From a virus (taxonomy: Duplodnaviria; Caudoviricetes), in the IMG/VR virus record IMGVR_UViG_3300005529_000060, positions 1 through 44,037 of that record: a stretch of DNA of 44,037 nucleotides; one strand, written 5' to 3'. The notes under the pieces are model-generated. The model was not told the DNA's origin and ran no database searches. It saw only the letters and a list, made by a program, of their open reading frames with translations. Of this stretch, positions 17,929 through 27,528 are shown in pieces. Positions within the stretch are counted from its first letter, which is position 1, and each line of letters starts with the position of its first letter. Made by a program: the position numbers and the translations under genes.

Positions 17929-18114
17929 ATGCGCGAAGACGAATGGTTCCGCTGGAGATCGTGCACCAGCAAGATCAGGTTTCCCGTTCGCGCTGAAGCT
18001 GTCTGCGCTGCTCGTCGCACACCGAAGAAGAAGGGACGCAGGGCGAAGCCGTACGCCTGCCATTTCTGCGGAGGCTTCCATGTGGGTCATAACTTCGCGG
18101 CGCGGGAGCGCTGA
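17929..18114 (+). CDS. small Zn-binding protein
   Basis: SCTSKIRF...YACHFCGGFHVGH; TGATG overlap with terL. Confidence 0.6.
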   Translation: MREDEWFRWRSCTSKIRFPVRAEAVCAARRTPKKKGRRAKPYACHFCGGFHVGHNFAARER

Positions 18115-19466
18115 TGTCCGCGCTCGTCACGCTGTTCCGTCGGTACCAATGGGATCCGCTCGCGTTCTGCATGGACATGTTTCCGGAGAACGAACGGCCG
18201 CGCGAGTGGCAGCCGGAAGTGCTCGAGGCGGCAAAGCGATCGCCGTGGATTGCGATCGCGGCGTGCCGCAAGGCTGGAAAGACTCGACTCGCCGCATTCC
18301 TGGTGCTCTGGTTCTTGTGTACTCGCGCGAACTCTCTCGTCATCACGATCGCGCCGGTTTGGTCTCAGGTCGTCCAGGTGCTGTGGGCCGATATCCGCCA
18401 CCTCTGGGCCGTGAGCAAACTGCCGCGGATCTTTCCGACGTGGCAGGTCCTCACCCATGAAATCCAGACGCATCCGTTGACGCCGAAGTGGCGCGCGTAC
18501 GGACTCGCATCGAACGACGTGCAGAACCTCGAGGGACGTCACCCGGCAGCGGGCCAGCCAACACTCGTGATCACCGACGAGTCGAAAGCAATCGGCGACG
18601 GCTTCTTCGATTCACTGCAGGGCATGCTGTCTGAAGGCGACAGCATTCTCCTGTCGATCGGCACGCCCGGCGTTCCGCTCGGCTTCTTCTATCGCGCATT
18701 CACGAAGGACCGAACGCTGTGGAATTTCGTCAAACGCGTTCGAGCTGACGAGATCCCGCGGCTCGCGAAGAAGTGCGAATCAGAGCGGCTGCGGCTCGGT
18801 GAGAGCGATCCGTTCTTCCGGCAGCAGTGGCTTGCTGAGTTCACGGGTGCCGAAGACGGTGTCGTGATTCCGTTCCAGTACGTCGAGCGCGCGATCGGGC
18901 GGAAGTTCGACGCACATCCCACGTTCAAGAAGATTCTCTCGCTCGACGTCGCTGACGGCGGTGCGGACGAGAACGTGCTCACGTATCGCTGGGGCCCGGT
19001 CATTCTTCGCCAGGAATCATGGCAGGGCGTCGACCCGATGCAGACGGCGTCACGTGTCGCGCGAGCTGCCGCTGATTTCGGCGCGCAGATCGTCGTCGTC
19101 GACGAGATCGGCATCGGCGCTGGCGTTCGGTCGCGCATTCGCGAGCTGCTCAAGGAATCCGGAATCCTCGTCTTCGGCTTCAACGCGAGCCGTTCCGCTC
19201 GAGATAAAGAGCGTTACGCGAACGTGAAGGCCGAGGAGGTCTTCTTCCTCCGTGAGCGATTCCTCAACGACGAGATCTCGATCCCCAACATTCCGCTGCT
19301 GATCGGGCAGCTGTGCAGTTGGAAGACGGAGTTCACCGCCGCGGGGAAAACCAAGATCGTGGATCCGGATGATTCTCCGGATAACGCGGACTCCTGCCTG
19401 ATGTCGTTTGCCGCGGACCGATTGGGGGCGGCTGTCAAGGGTGTCACGCCATCTTTTCTGCAATGA
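18114..19466 (+). CDS. terL: terminase large subunit
   Basis: CRKAGKT Walker A, ITDE Walker B, IGTP, nuclease motifs SLDVADGGAD, VDEIG, PDNADS. Confidence 0.92.
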   Translation: MSALVTLFRRYQWDPLAFCMDMFPENERPREWQPEVLEAAKRSPWIAIAACRKAGKTRLAAFLVLWFLCTRANSLVITIAPVWSQVVQVLWADIRHLWAVSKLPRIFPTWQVLTHEIQTHPLTPKWRAYGLASNDVQNLEGRHPAAGQPTLVITDESKAIGDGFFDSLQGMLSEGDSILLSIGTPGVPLGFFYRAFTKDRTLWNFVKRVRADEIPRLAKKCESERLRLGESDPFFRQQWLAEFTGAEDGVVIPFQYVERAIGRKFDAHPTFKKILSLDVADGGADENVLTYRWGPVILRQESWQGVDPMQTASRVARAAADFGAQIVVVDEIGIGAGVRSRIRELLKESGILVFGFNASRSARDKERYANVKAEEVFFLRERFLNDEISIPNIPLLIGQLCSWKTEFTAAGKTKIVDPDDSPDNADSCLMSFAADRLGAAVKGVTPSFLQ

Positions 19467-19487
19467 GAGTTGCGAAATCCGAACAAT
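19442..19487 (+). promoter_or_regulatory. putative late promoter 2 (variant)
   Basis: TGTCACGCC-N31-AACAAT, followed by GGAGG and ATG 19507. Confidence 0.5.
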
Positions 19488-19506
19488 CGCGTGCGGAGGT
19501 CCAGAG

Positions 19507-19872
19507 ATGCGCAAATCGATTCTGATTCTTGTCGCGCTACTGATCGCGCCTCTCGCGATCGCAGATCAGTGCCAGCCGTTCACCGGAGGTCTCGGCTATG
19601 CGCGGTATCTGCCGACGACAGCGAAGAAGCTCACCGACGCGCCGACGGCAGGCGTCTCGTTGCCTGCTGGAACGACTGGGGCCGTCATCTTCGTCAACGT
19701 GGCGCCGATCCGCTATCGCACTGATGGGACGAATCCCACTGCGAGCGAGGGAGTGCAGGTTCCTGCTGGAACTTCGCTCGTGTTCAGGGCAGCTGATGCA
19801 TCGCAGCTGTCCGTGTTCGCGTTCATCGAGGCTTCATCTGGCGCAGAAGTGACCGTGGCGTATTGCCACTGA
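19507..19872 (+). CDS. exported small beta-sandwich protein
   Basis: MRKSILILVALLIAPLAIA/DQ signal peptide; IRYRTDGTNPTASEG; one Cys near each end. Confidence 0.75.
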   Translation: MRKSILILVALLIAPLAIADQCQPFTGGLGYARYLPTTAKKLTDAPTAGVSLPAGTTGAVIFVNVAPIRYRTDGTNPTASEGVQVPAGTSLVFRAADASQLSVFAFIEASSGAEVTVAYCH

Positions 19873-19881
19873 GGAGCAGCG

Positions 19882-21420
19882 ATGAGAAAGGGATTTGCGA
19901 ACCTTGTTATCGCTCTTGTTGTTCTAACTGCCATCGCTTTGTTTGGCGTGTCTTTTACGTCCGCGCAAACGACTGTGTCCGGCGGTGGCAGCAGTGCATC
20001 AGGTGCAACTGGCGCAACGGGCGTCACAGGAGCGACCGGGGTTACGGGGGCAACAGGTGCCACGGGTCCTGCGCCATCCGGCTCCGGCATTGTTACCGTA
20101 TCGTCAGGTTCGCTTCAGACGCCGGCGCCTCTCAGCGGTGATGCGTCAACTTCGGGCTCTAGCCTTTCTGTAACGGTCACCAAACTTAACGGAACGACGC
20201 CAGGCGGTACGTGCACAAATCAATTTGTGCGATCGCTCTCTGGCTCTGCGGTTCCGACCTGTGCGACGGTGACGCTCGCTGATACAACGGGAATCGCGGC
20301 GACAGCTTCAGACAATTCGTTCACGGCGGGACAAACCATCAACGCGCCGGGCAACACGGCAGGATTGTCGATCGTTCGGAATACGACTGGAACGGGAACA
20401 GTCGCAATTACAAATGGATCGACTGTCATCACCGGAACAGGAACAAAGTTTCTTTCTCAGATGAGGGTCGGTGACACGGTTACGGTCAGTGGGCAAGCCG
20501 CGAAAACGCTCGGTCAGGTCAACAGCGACACCGACATGCGGACGGTCACAACGTATGGCACGACAGCGTCAGGGCTGTCGTACACGGTCGGTGCTTACAC
20601 GGTCGCGCTTAATCCGAACGGTACGTTCAGTGGACCGATTTCGACACTCGGTCTCTATGGGTCGAAAGATGAAGTTTTCGGGATGAACGCAACCATCGCG
20701 GGCTCGTCCAGCGGCAGCAACACGATTGTTGGAGCGGGTGCGACGGGTCCGAACGGCGGTACCGCAAACACCTATGTTGGACAGGGGGCAGGCGGCGGCG
20801 GCGGATCGGGAACCTGTGTCGGGAACGCCTGTAGCGGTGGGCAGAACGGCGTAGCTCTTGGAAATTCCGCGAGCGTCAATGGTGGAACGGGCGCAATCGC
20901 GATTGGGAACTCTGCGTCTTCTACAGGCACGGATTCCGCCGCGATCGGCAGATCGGCTTCGACATCCACCAACAACGAGATGGCATTGGGATCGAGCACG
21001 AATCCCTATAACGACATCATTATGCCTGGCGCAAACGGCGCCGACGCGAAGCCGTTTCTGAGAAGTCCCGAGCTGGTTACGTTCAACACCGGAGCAACAA
21101 CGACAGCGACGTCTGGCAATCTCGCGGCAGCACACTCTGACACTCGTCGCGTCGTCGTTCGAATCACGACGACGATAACCACTGCAACGAGTTTCACGGT
21201 CAAGCCAACCGGTGGCAACGTTCTGTGCGTCGAGGGTTCGGCAACGACGTCACTGACTACGTTGACGTCTGGTACGACCTACTACCTAGCACCGTGCACG
21301 ATCACCGATATGCAGCAGGCGGCTGCAGCAACACTGACATTTACCTTCGACGCGAATCCGGGAGCCGGTGCGGCTCGTGTTGTTGTTTTTTCTCAAACGT
21401 ACACGGCGCCGACCTCGTAA
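19882..21420 (+). CDS. exported fibre/adhesin-like protein (collagen-like plus YadA-head-like repeats)
   Basis: Signal peptide ending SFTSA/Q; (G-X-T)7; GTVAITNGSTVITGTGTKF fibre-like domain; repeated A(L/I)GxSAS units. Confidence 0.8.
   Translation: MRKGFANLVIALVVLTAIALFGVSFTSAQTTVSGGGSSASGATGATGVTGATGVTGATGATGPAPSGSGIVTVSSGSLQTPAPLSGDASTSGSSLSVTVTKLNGTTPGGTCTNQFVRSLSGSAVPTCATVTLADTTGIAATASDNSFTAGQTINAPGNTAGLSIVRNTTGTGTVAITNGSTVITGTGTKFLSQMRVGDTVTVSGQAAKTLGQVNSDTDMRTVTTYGTTASGLSYTVGAYTVALNPNGTFSGPISTLGLYGSKDEVFGMNATIAGSSSGSNTIVGAGATGPNGGTANTYVGQGAGGGGGSGTCVGNACSGGQNGVALGNSASVNGGTGAIAIGNSASSTGTDSAAIGRSASTSTNNEMALGSSTNPYNDIIMPGANGADAKPFLRSPELVTFNTGATTTATSGNLAAAHSDTRRVVVRITTTITTATSFTVKPTGGNVLCVEGSATTSLTTLTSGTTYYLAPCTITDMQQAAAATLTFTFDANPGAGAARVVVFSQTYTAPTS
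20002..20070 (+). repeat. collagen-like G-X-T repeat
   Basis: GATGATGVTGATGVTGATGATGP. Confidence 0.85.
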
Positions 21421-21431
21421 GGGAGAGAACG

Positions 21432-21809
21432 ATGAAAAGAATTCTTGTGTGGGCGATGCTCGCGTTGGTCGTAGTGCTTTCAGTGCCCTTGTTTGCTGAT
21501 GGGACAGTAACGACGCCCATTAGTGTGACGGCGACGTCCTGGAAGATCGGGAACGTCTCGATGTCTACCGGAGCCGTCGATGGACCTGCAGGGATTTCGA
21601 TCACCATCTTTTACTTCGACGGTGCTGGCAACATCTTATCCAGCCAAACGCAAGTGGTGATACTCACGAACGCGGAAATCGTTTCGTTTCTATCGACTGT
21701 CGAATCGTCGGTGCCTGGTGAGAGTGGATCGTCAGTAAAGCGCTTTCGACAGCGCGTCACTGCATGGCTTGTGGCCAACAACAAGATCACAAACGTCACG
21801 CCTGAATAA
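21432..21809 (+). CDS. exported small protein, possible fibre partner/chaperone
   Basis: GGGAG RBS; MKRILVWAMLALVVVLSVPLFA/DG signal peptide. Confidence 0.7.
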   Translation: MKRILVWAMLALVVVLSVPLFADGTVTTPISVTATSWKIGNVSMSTGAVDGPAGISITIFYFDGAGNILSSQTQVVILTNAEIVSFLSTVESSVPGESGSSVKRFRQRVTAWLVANNKITNVTPE

Positions 21810-21899
21810 GGCGTGCAGACGTCTGCACAAAAGGGTGAGGGGACGGGGCTATGTCTCGCAGCGCGGAAATCCGGGAGCTGGTCTGCGAGATGTTCGGAA

Positions 21900-21945
21900 T
21901 GTCCCGCCATCGGATCAGTCCGATCGGCGGGGCAACTCCTACGCT
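21900..21945 (+). promoter_or_regulatory. putative late promoter 3 (portal)
   Basis: TGTCCCGCC-N31-TACGCT, 8 nt before the portal ATG. Confidence 0.7.
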
Positions 21946-21953
21946 GAACGTGC

Positions 21954-23606
21954 ATGGTCGATATTCCTGATCAGCCGACCGCCGATCCGAGCGTGAGGGC
22001 TCTCTTCGAACGCTATCTGAAACGCGGCCCTCATCCCGAATACAAAGAGTTCGAAGCTCGTGTCGCCGCAGGACCCAACGGACGAAGACGCGCAGTCAGT
22101 GTGTGGGACCTGATCAATGACGCGGTGACGGGCAAAGGCGGATTCTCGAACGGTGCGTACCTCTTTCCGTTCGCCGCAGAGATCGCAAACGAGAAGCTCA
22201 CCGAGAAGTATCAGCGACGTCAGGTCGAGGCGGACTACGACCGATTTGCCGAGACGGTCTGCAACGCGCCGTGGGATCTCATCGTGTCCGCGAAAGACAT
22301 GATCGAACGGAAAGCGACAGGCGAAGCTGAGCAGCTCCTCGCCGAGTTCTGGGCGAACGTCGACAACCACGGCATGTCGATGATGGACTTCCTCGAGTAT
22401 CCATTTCGCCAGGCGCGCGAATACACATTCTCACTCGTGTTCGTTGATCGTGAGGCTGTGGAGCTCGCAACGCGCGCGGATGATCGTGCACCAGAGAATC
22501 GCCCTTACGCGTATGCGGTGCCGACGCGCAATGTCGTCGACTGGGATTTCGACGACGACAACGAACTCGTAGCGATCGCCGTGCTCGAGCCGACAACGGA
22601 GCACGCGATTGGTGCGCCTTGCCCGGTGCGAGTCTGGACGATGGACGCCTGGGCGCTCTTCACGCCGCGTGAGGCCGAAAAGTCGAACAGCGCAGATGCG
22701 TACGACGTCAGCGCCTCCGGTCCGAACAACCTCGGGATGATTCCGTGTGTGCCGATCTGGAACGATCAGCCGGACCCGGGGCACCTGTTCGGTGAATCGG
22801 AAATGCCGGACGTGGCCCGCCTCGCGCAGACGGTCTACAACATCGACAGCGAAGCGCGCGAGATCGAGCGGAAGTGCGCCTTGTTTCTCGCGATCCCAGT
22901 GAAGAACACGAAGGATTACGAGGGCGGAAAGATAGTCATCGGTACCGACAGCGCGATGGTGTACGACGGCGAAGCCGGCGAGCCGCGCTGGGTATCGCCT
23001 GATCTCACGGTGCTCGATCATCTGCTCAAGAAGCGCGAGCAGAAGAAGGACAGCGCGTATGAGATGGCACACCTGCGGGCGCTGAATGGCTCTGCGGCGA
23101 CGATCAAAACATCATCCGGCTTCCATGCCGAAGTCGAGTTCCAGAAGACCGAGCGGCGCATCGCGCGCCATGCTTCGCAGCTCGAAAGAGCAGAGAAGCA
23201 GATCGCGATTCTCTATCTCCTGTACTTCGGCATCGATGCCCTGAAAACGCCAGACCTCTTCTCGATCACGTATCCACGCGACTTCGGTGTGCGCGATCTT
23301 CAGAAGCTGAAGGAAGATGTGGCGGACCTCCTCGATATGAACCTCGGCGACGAGTGCAATCGCGTCGAGCTCGCGCGTCTCTTCCGCGCGCGCAACCCGC
23401 GGCTCGCCGAAGACAAGATCACGTCGATGGTCGAATCCGCCATGAATGTTCGCAAAGCAGTCGCGACTCCTCAGAATCCCATCGACCGCATTCGCGCGAT
23501 GAAGGCGCAAGCCCAACAGGCGCCGGCGCAATCACAGATGCAGGGACGGACACCCTCCCAGTTGATGACACGTCGCGATTCTCTTGACGCCGCCGAGCCT
23601 CAATAG
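21954..23606 (+). CDS. portal protein
   Basis: 550 aa, between terL and head morphogenesis gene; NVDNHG, LVFVD, VVDW, NNLGMIPCV, ITYPRDF patterns of SPP1-type portals. Confidence 0.85.
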   Translation: MVDIPDQPTADPSVRALFERYLKRGPHPEYKEFEARVAAGPNGRRRAVSVWDLINDAVTGKGGFSNGAYLFPFAAEIANEKLTEKYQRRQVEADYDRFAETVCNAPWDLIVSAKDMIERKATGEAEQLLAEFWANVDNHGMSMMDFLEYPFRQAREYTFSLVFVDREAVELATRADDRAPENRPYAYAVPTRNVVDWDFDDDNELVAIAVLEPTTEHAIGAPCPVRVWTMDAWALFTPREAEKSNSADAYDVSASGPNNLGMIPCVPIWNDQPDPGHLFGESEMPDVARLAQTVYNIDSEAREIERKCALFLAIPVKNTKDYEGGKIVIGTDSAMVYDGEAGEPRWVSPDLTVLDHLLKKREQKKDSAYEMAHLRALNGSAATIKTSSGFHAEVEFQKTERRIARHASQLERAEKQIAILYLLYFGIDALKTPDLFSITYPRDFGVRDLQKLKEDVADLLDMNLGDECNRVELARLFRARNPRLAEDKITSMVESAMNVRKAVATPQNPIDRIRAMKAQAQQAPAQSQMQGRTPSQLMTRRDSLDAAEPQ

Positions 23607-23608
23607 CG

Positions 23609-23655
23609 TGTCCCGCCATCACCACCGCATTGCGACGAGACCGCGCTTCTACGCT
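23609..23655 (+). promoter_or_regulatory. putative late promoter 4
   Basis: TGTCCCGCC-N32-TACGCT, then GGAGG and ATG 23673. Confidence 0.7.
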
Positions 23656-23672
23656 GAGGAGCGGAGGGTGCG

Positions 23673-23975
23673 ATGCGGCTCGTTTGCATTCTGGCGCTTC
23701 TGCTCACGTCGTGCGCATCGATCCTCGAGCCTCCCTACCGCGCGTGTCTTCGATCGCAGTCGAATCCGCGGCTCTTCAGCACAGGCACTGTGATTGCGGA
23801 GAAGGATGACGGATCGCTTCTCTTTCAGTACGACGATCGGAGCGCCGGCGATCAGGGATTTCAGTGGGTCAAAGAGAAGGATCGAATCAGCCGCTGCGTT
23901 GCGGCGTCACCGTTCGACGTGAGGAGCCCCGATGGCGGACCAGAACTACGAGCAGACGATCCTCGATTTCATTGA
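23673..23975 (+). CDS. lipoprotein
   Basis: MRLVCILALLLTS/C lipobox; GGAGG RBS; 3' end overlaps next gene by 44 nt. Confidence 0.65.
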   Translation: MRLVCILALLLTSCASILEPPYRACLRSQSNPRLFSTGTVIAEKDDGSLLFQYDDRSAGDQGFQWVKEKDRISRCVAASPFDVRSPDGGPELRADDPRFH

Positions 23976-24759
23976 ACGCGCCGAGTATCTGAAAGAGATC
24001 GCGCGCCAGGAAGCGTCGCAGCTTGTAAATGACGTCGACGCGGAGAAGTTCCTCGACGACCCGGATGGCGCGATCGAAGCGATGCTCGCGGCGCTTCTCG
24101 CGGCGCTCGATCAGTACGCGCAGGAGATCGCCGAAGCCGCACGCACCTATGCCGTCAATCTCGGGTTCGATCTTGTCGACGCGGTAGACATCGAAGCAGT
24201 TGTGAACGATGAAGAGCACAAGTTCATCCTCGTCGCGCTTCCGTCGCTCACGTTGGCGGCCGAATCGGTCGCAACGCGCATTGAATCGATGATTGCTTCT
24301 GGCGTGAGTGCCGATGCGCTGGAGACTGCGCTCTCGAGCGACGCCACCAAGGAGGCGCTCTTCTCCACGTTGGAGGCAGCATTGAAGAGTGCCGCCTCAG
24401 CGTACCTGCAGGAGCTCGTGCGCGCGGTCGTCACCGTAGCGGTTGAGCTGAAGGCTGGGCAGGACGCGCAAGCACTGTTCGAATGGGTTGCGGTGATGGA
24501 TGGTCACACCTGCGATGACGCATTCGAGAATTCATGCGCGCCGCGGCATGCCCAACGGCAAACGCTCGCGGAATGGGATGACGCTGGTCGTCCTGGCGCG
24601 CCGCAACTCATCTGCTCGATGTTCTCGAAAACTGGATCGAATTGTCGGTGCGTGCTCATGATCACCGATGAGGCCTCCGAGCCGAAGGTGTTGAATCCGG
24701 TCGACGTGAGCGCTGCGATTCGAGATGGCCGACAGCGCGCAGTTGCCATGTACGCGTGA
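23932..24759 (+). CDS. head morphogenesis / minor capsid protein (SPP1 gp7/Mu gpF-like)
   Basis: WVAVMDGHTC...C..RH...NCRC C-terminal motif; follows portal. Confidence 0.75.
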   Translation: MADQNYEQTILDFIERAEYLKEIARQEASQLVNDVDAEKFLDDPDGAIEAMLAALLAALDQYAQEIAEAARTYAVNLGFDLVDAVDIEAVVNDEEHKFILVALPSLTLAAESVATRIESMIASGVSADALETALSSDATKEALFSTLEAALKSAASAYLQELVRAVVTVAVELKAGQDAQALFEWVAVMDGHTCDDAFENSCAPRHAQRQTLAEWDDAGRPGAPQLICSMFSKTGSNCRCVLMITDEASEPKVLNPVDVSAAIRDGRQRAVAMYA

Positions 24760-24764
24760 TCTGG

Positions 24765-24811
24765 TGTCCCGCCCTTTTCCGCCAAGACGAGATTTCCTCG
24801 CGACGCACACT
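24765..24811 (+). promoter_or_regulatory. putative late promoter 5 (scaffold-capsid)
   Basis: TGTCCCGCC-N32-CACACT. Confidence 0.7.
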
Positions 24812-24877
24812 CCGGAATGAGCAGCCGGCCGCGTTGTGCGTGTCCGGCAAATCGTCCACGAACGATAGGAGCAATTC

Positions 24878-25615
24878 ATGCCGGATCCGTCAGGGGCGGG
24901 AACGACGACCGACGATCAAGGCCAGGCAGGCGCCAGCGGCGCACAGTCTGGTGGTGATGCGTCGAACGGTGGCGCTGGTGCGGCAGGTACGCAGCAGCAG
25001 GGACAGGGCGCGCAGGATCAACGCCTCTCAGCAGAGGCCGCGAAGTGGCGCACTCAGTACCGCGAGTCTCAGAAGAAGATCGAGCAGCTGACGTCGGAGA
25101 TCGAGGCGCTGAAGACGCAGAACACCGCTTCCCCAGGTGGTGATCAGAGCGCGTCCGAGGTTGCTGGTCTCAAGCGGCAGATGTCCGACCTGCAGAAGAG
25201 CCTCAAAGAACAGCAGGACCGGGCGGCGAAAGCGGAAGAGATGAGCAAGCAGGAGAAGCTCGATAACGCGCTCCTGAAGGCAGTCTCCGACGCGAAGCTG
25301 GTGGATCCAGACGAGGCGACGCTCCTCCTCAAAGCGAAGGGCCGCGCGCGGATCGCGGACGACGGCAAGCCCGTCTTCGTGATCAGCGACAACGGCGAAG
25401 AGCGCGAGGTGGTCATCACCGCTGAAGCGATCCGTCAGCACAAGCTCGTGTCCGAGAAGTTCTTCCCCGCCGAAGGAGTCGCCGGCAGTGGTTCACGTGG
25501 GGGTGCCCGAGGTGCGGGCGCCAGCGGCGTAGACATGAACCGGGCACTCACCGATCTCGCGTACTTCGAGGCGAACAAGGAAAAGATCCTCGCCGAGAGA
25601 CGCCGGAGCGCGTGA
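24878..25615 (+). CDS. capsid scaffolding protein
   Basis: Low-complexity N-terminus, EAAKWR coiled coil, GSGS near C-terminus; directly before the capsid gene. Confidence 0.8.
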   Translation: MPDPSGAGTTTDDQGQAGASGAQSGGDASNGGAGAAGTQQQGQGAQDQRLSAEAAKWRTQYRESQKKIEQLTSEIEALKTQNTASPGGDQSASEVAGLKRQMSDLQKSLKEQQDRAAKAEEMSKQEKLDNALLKAVSDAKLVDPDEATLLLKAKGRARIADDGKPVFVISDNGEEREVVITAEAIRQHKLVSEKFFPAEGVAGSGSRGGARGAGASGVDMNRALTDLAYFEANKEKILAERRRSA

Positions 25616-25646
25616 GAACCGCTGACATTAGAGGGGAACCACAGCA

Positions 25647-26846
25647 ATGGCGAACAGCATCAGCAACATCAGCGAGAACATCCAGATCTTCGGGATGCTC
25701 GTGCTCTCTCAGCTCCGCAACATGCTGGCGCTCGTCGGCAACGTTGCGAGCAACTACCCAGGAGCTGCTGAACCGACGTCGGCCGGGTCGATCATCAACG
25801 TCCCGAGCCTCGCGATCAGCGGCTCCGCGCGCACTCGCGCCATCAACGGTGCAGTGACGGTCGACGACATGTCATCCGGCAATGTGCAGGTCACGATGAC
25901 GCAGGTCTACAAGGCCGTGAAGCTCGACAACCTCCAGCGCACGTTCTCGAACATCGACCTGATCACCGAGACCGCGAAGCGCCTGGCGATCATCCTCGCC
26001 GATGGCGCCGACGCACAGCTGACCGGTCTTTGGTACTACATCCCGTATGAGACGGGAAAGACTGACGGCACTGCGACTTTCAACTCGACCGACAAGATGA
26101 ACTACTTCGCGTCAGCGCGAAAAGTCCTCACGAACAACAAGGCGCCTCTCGATCGTCTTCAGGCGGTGCTTGGTCCGACCGAGTCCTACAACCTGCGCAC
26201 GCTCGACCTGTTTCAGCAGGCGCAGCAGCGCGGCGACACCACAGGCCTGCGTGATGGCAACCTCGGTCGCGTGATGGGCTTTGGTGTTCGCGAGTCGCAG
26301 GCAACGCCTGCCACGGTCACACTCACGACCGCGGCTTCGTGGGGCACGCCACTCGTAAACAACGCCTCTGGCTATGCAATCGGATCGACGTCGATCGCAG
26401 TTGACGGACTCGGTACCGGCACGATCAAGCAGGGGTCGATCTTCGTCCTGGGCGGCAACAACTATTCCGTCGCGGCCGACGCCACGATCACCACAAATGC
26501 AGCGACGCTGACGATCACGCCGCCGCTGAAGACTGCTGTCGCTGACAACGATCCGCTCACTGTTACCGGCTTCACGCACTCCGCCGCAGGTTCCGTCGGC
26601 TTCGCCTATGACCCGGACGCGTTCCTCATGGTCGTTCGTCCGCAGGCTGACTTCATCGAAGGCTCGGGTGTGCGCTCGTACCAGTTCTCCGATCCGGAGA
26701 GTGGGCTCTCGTTCCGTCTGAGCTTCTCGTCCGCGATCGCGGGCGGCGCTGGTACGGCAATGCAGGAAACGATGGTCGCCGATCTCCTGATCGGCTGCGC
26801 TGTCGTTCGACCGGAGCTCGCCGTTCGTATCGCCGGTCAGGTCTGA
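25647..26846 (+). CDS. major capsid protein (P22 coat-like with insertion domain)
   Basis: MANSI start, GSIINVP, GNLGRVMGFGVRESQ, DLLIGCAVVRPELAVRI terminus. Confidence 0.88.
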   Translation: MANSISNISENIQIFGMLVLSQLRNMLALVGNVASNYPGAAEPTSAGSIINVPSLAISGSARTRAINGAVTVDDMSSGNVQVTMTQVYKAVKLDNLQRTFSNIDLITETAKRLAIILADGADAQLTGLWYYIPYETGKTDGTATFNSTDKMNYFASARKVLTNNKAPLDRLQAVLGPTESYNLRTLDLFQQAQQRGDTTGLRDGNLGRVMGFGVRESQATPATVTLTTAASWGTPLVNNASGYAIGSTSIAVDGLGTGTIKQGSIFVLGGNNYSVAADATITTNAATLTITPPLKTAVADNDPLTVTGFTHSAAGSVGFAYDPDAFLMVVRPQADFIEGSGVRSYQFSDPESGLSFRLSFSSAIAGGAGTAMQETMVADLLIGCAVVRPELAVRIAGQV

Positions 26847-26854
26847 TGCTTCTG

Positions 26855-26891
26855 GTGATGGCGGGTCGTTCCTCCTTCGGCCCGCCATCAC
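26855..26891 (+). terminator. stem-loop after capsid gene
   Basis: GTGATGGCGGG...CCCGCCATCAC perfect 11-bp stem followed by GTTGTT. Confidence 0.65.
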
Positions 26892-26907
26892 GTTGTTCGG
26901 AGGTGAG

Positions 26908-27528
26908 TTGAGCAATCAGTTCTCGAAGCGCGCGCTCGATCTGATCGTCACCTTCGAAGGTGTCGATCAGCCGGGGCACTGGCCAGGCGGCCACAGTGGC
27001 GTGACGATCGGCTACGGCTTCGATCTCGGCTACGAGTCTCGCGAGGACTTCGATGCGGCATGGTCGCGCCGAATGTCTGCGGAACATGCCGATCGCCTTC
27101 GCGCGACGATCGGCATGCATGGGCAGTCAGCGCACGTCGCTTCGAAGAAGCTCGGCGACATCATCGTCTCGCAGGTCGACGCGCTCGCCGTCCTCATGGA
27201 TTTCACGCTGCCGGCGTACATCGATGAGGCTCGCGAGGCATTCACTGGATTCGATCAGCTTCCGCTCGACACGCAGGGTGCGCTCGTCTCGCTCGTCTAC
27301 AACCGCGGCAGCGACATGACCGACAACAACAAGGTGCTCGAGGATCGCCGCGAGATGCGTGCGATTCGCGACGCGATTCCGCGCGGCGACCTGCACGAGA
27401 TCGCGAAACAGTTGCGGTCGATGAAACGGCTTTGGGAAGGAAAGGGGCTCGACGGCCTCATTCGTCGGCGAGAAGCAGAGGCGCGACTCGTCGAGTCATG
27501 CATCACCTTCGGAGGTTCAAATGCGTAG
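26908..27528 (+). CDS. endolysin, pesticin-C/lysozyme-like muramidase
   Basis: FEG...WPGGHSGVTIGYGFDLG, ALVSLVYNRG, GLIRRREAEA; TTG 26908 after GGAGGT. Confidence 0.85.
   Translation: MSNQFSKRALDLIVTFEGVDQPGHWPGGHSGVTIGYGFDLGYESREDFDAAWSRRMSAEHADRLRATIGMHGQSAHVASKKLGDIIVSQVDALAVLMDFTLPAYIDEAREAFTGFDQLPLDTQGALVSLVYNRGSDMTDNNKVLEDRREMRAIRDAIPRGDLHEIAKQLRSMKRLWEGKGLDGLIRRREAEARLVESCITFGGSNA

Noticed and set aside
20325-20333. TGTCCCGCC on the - strand inside the fibre gene
   Set aside because: Intragenic, with no NACRMT at 31-32 nt; treated as chance.
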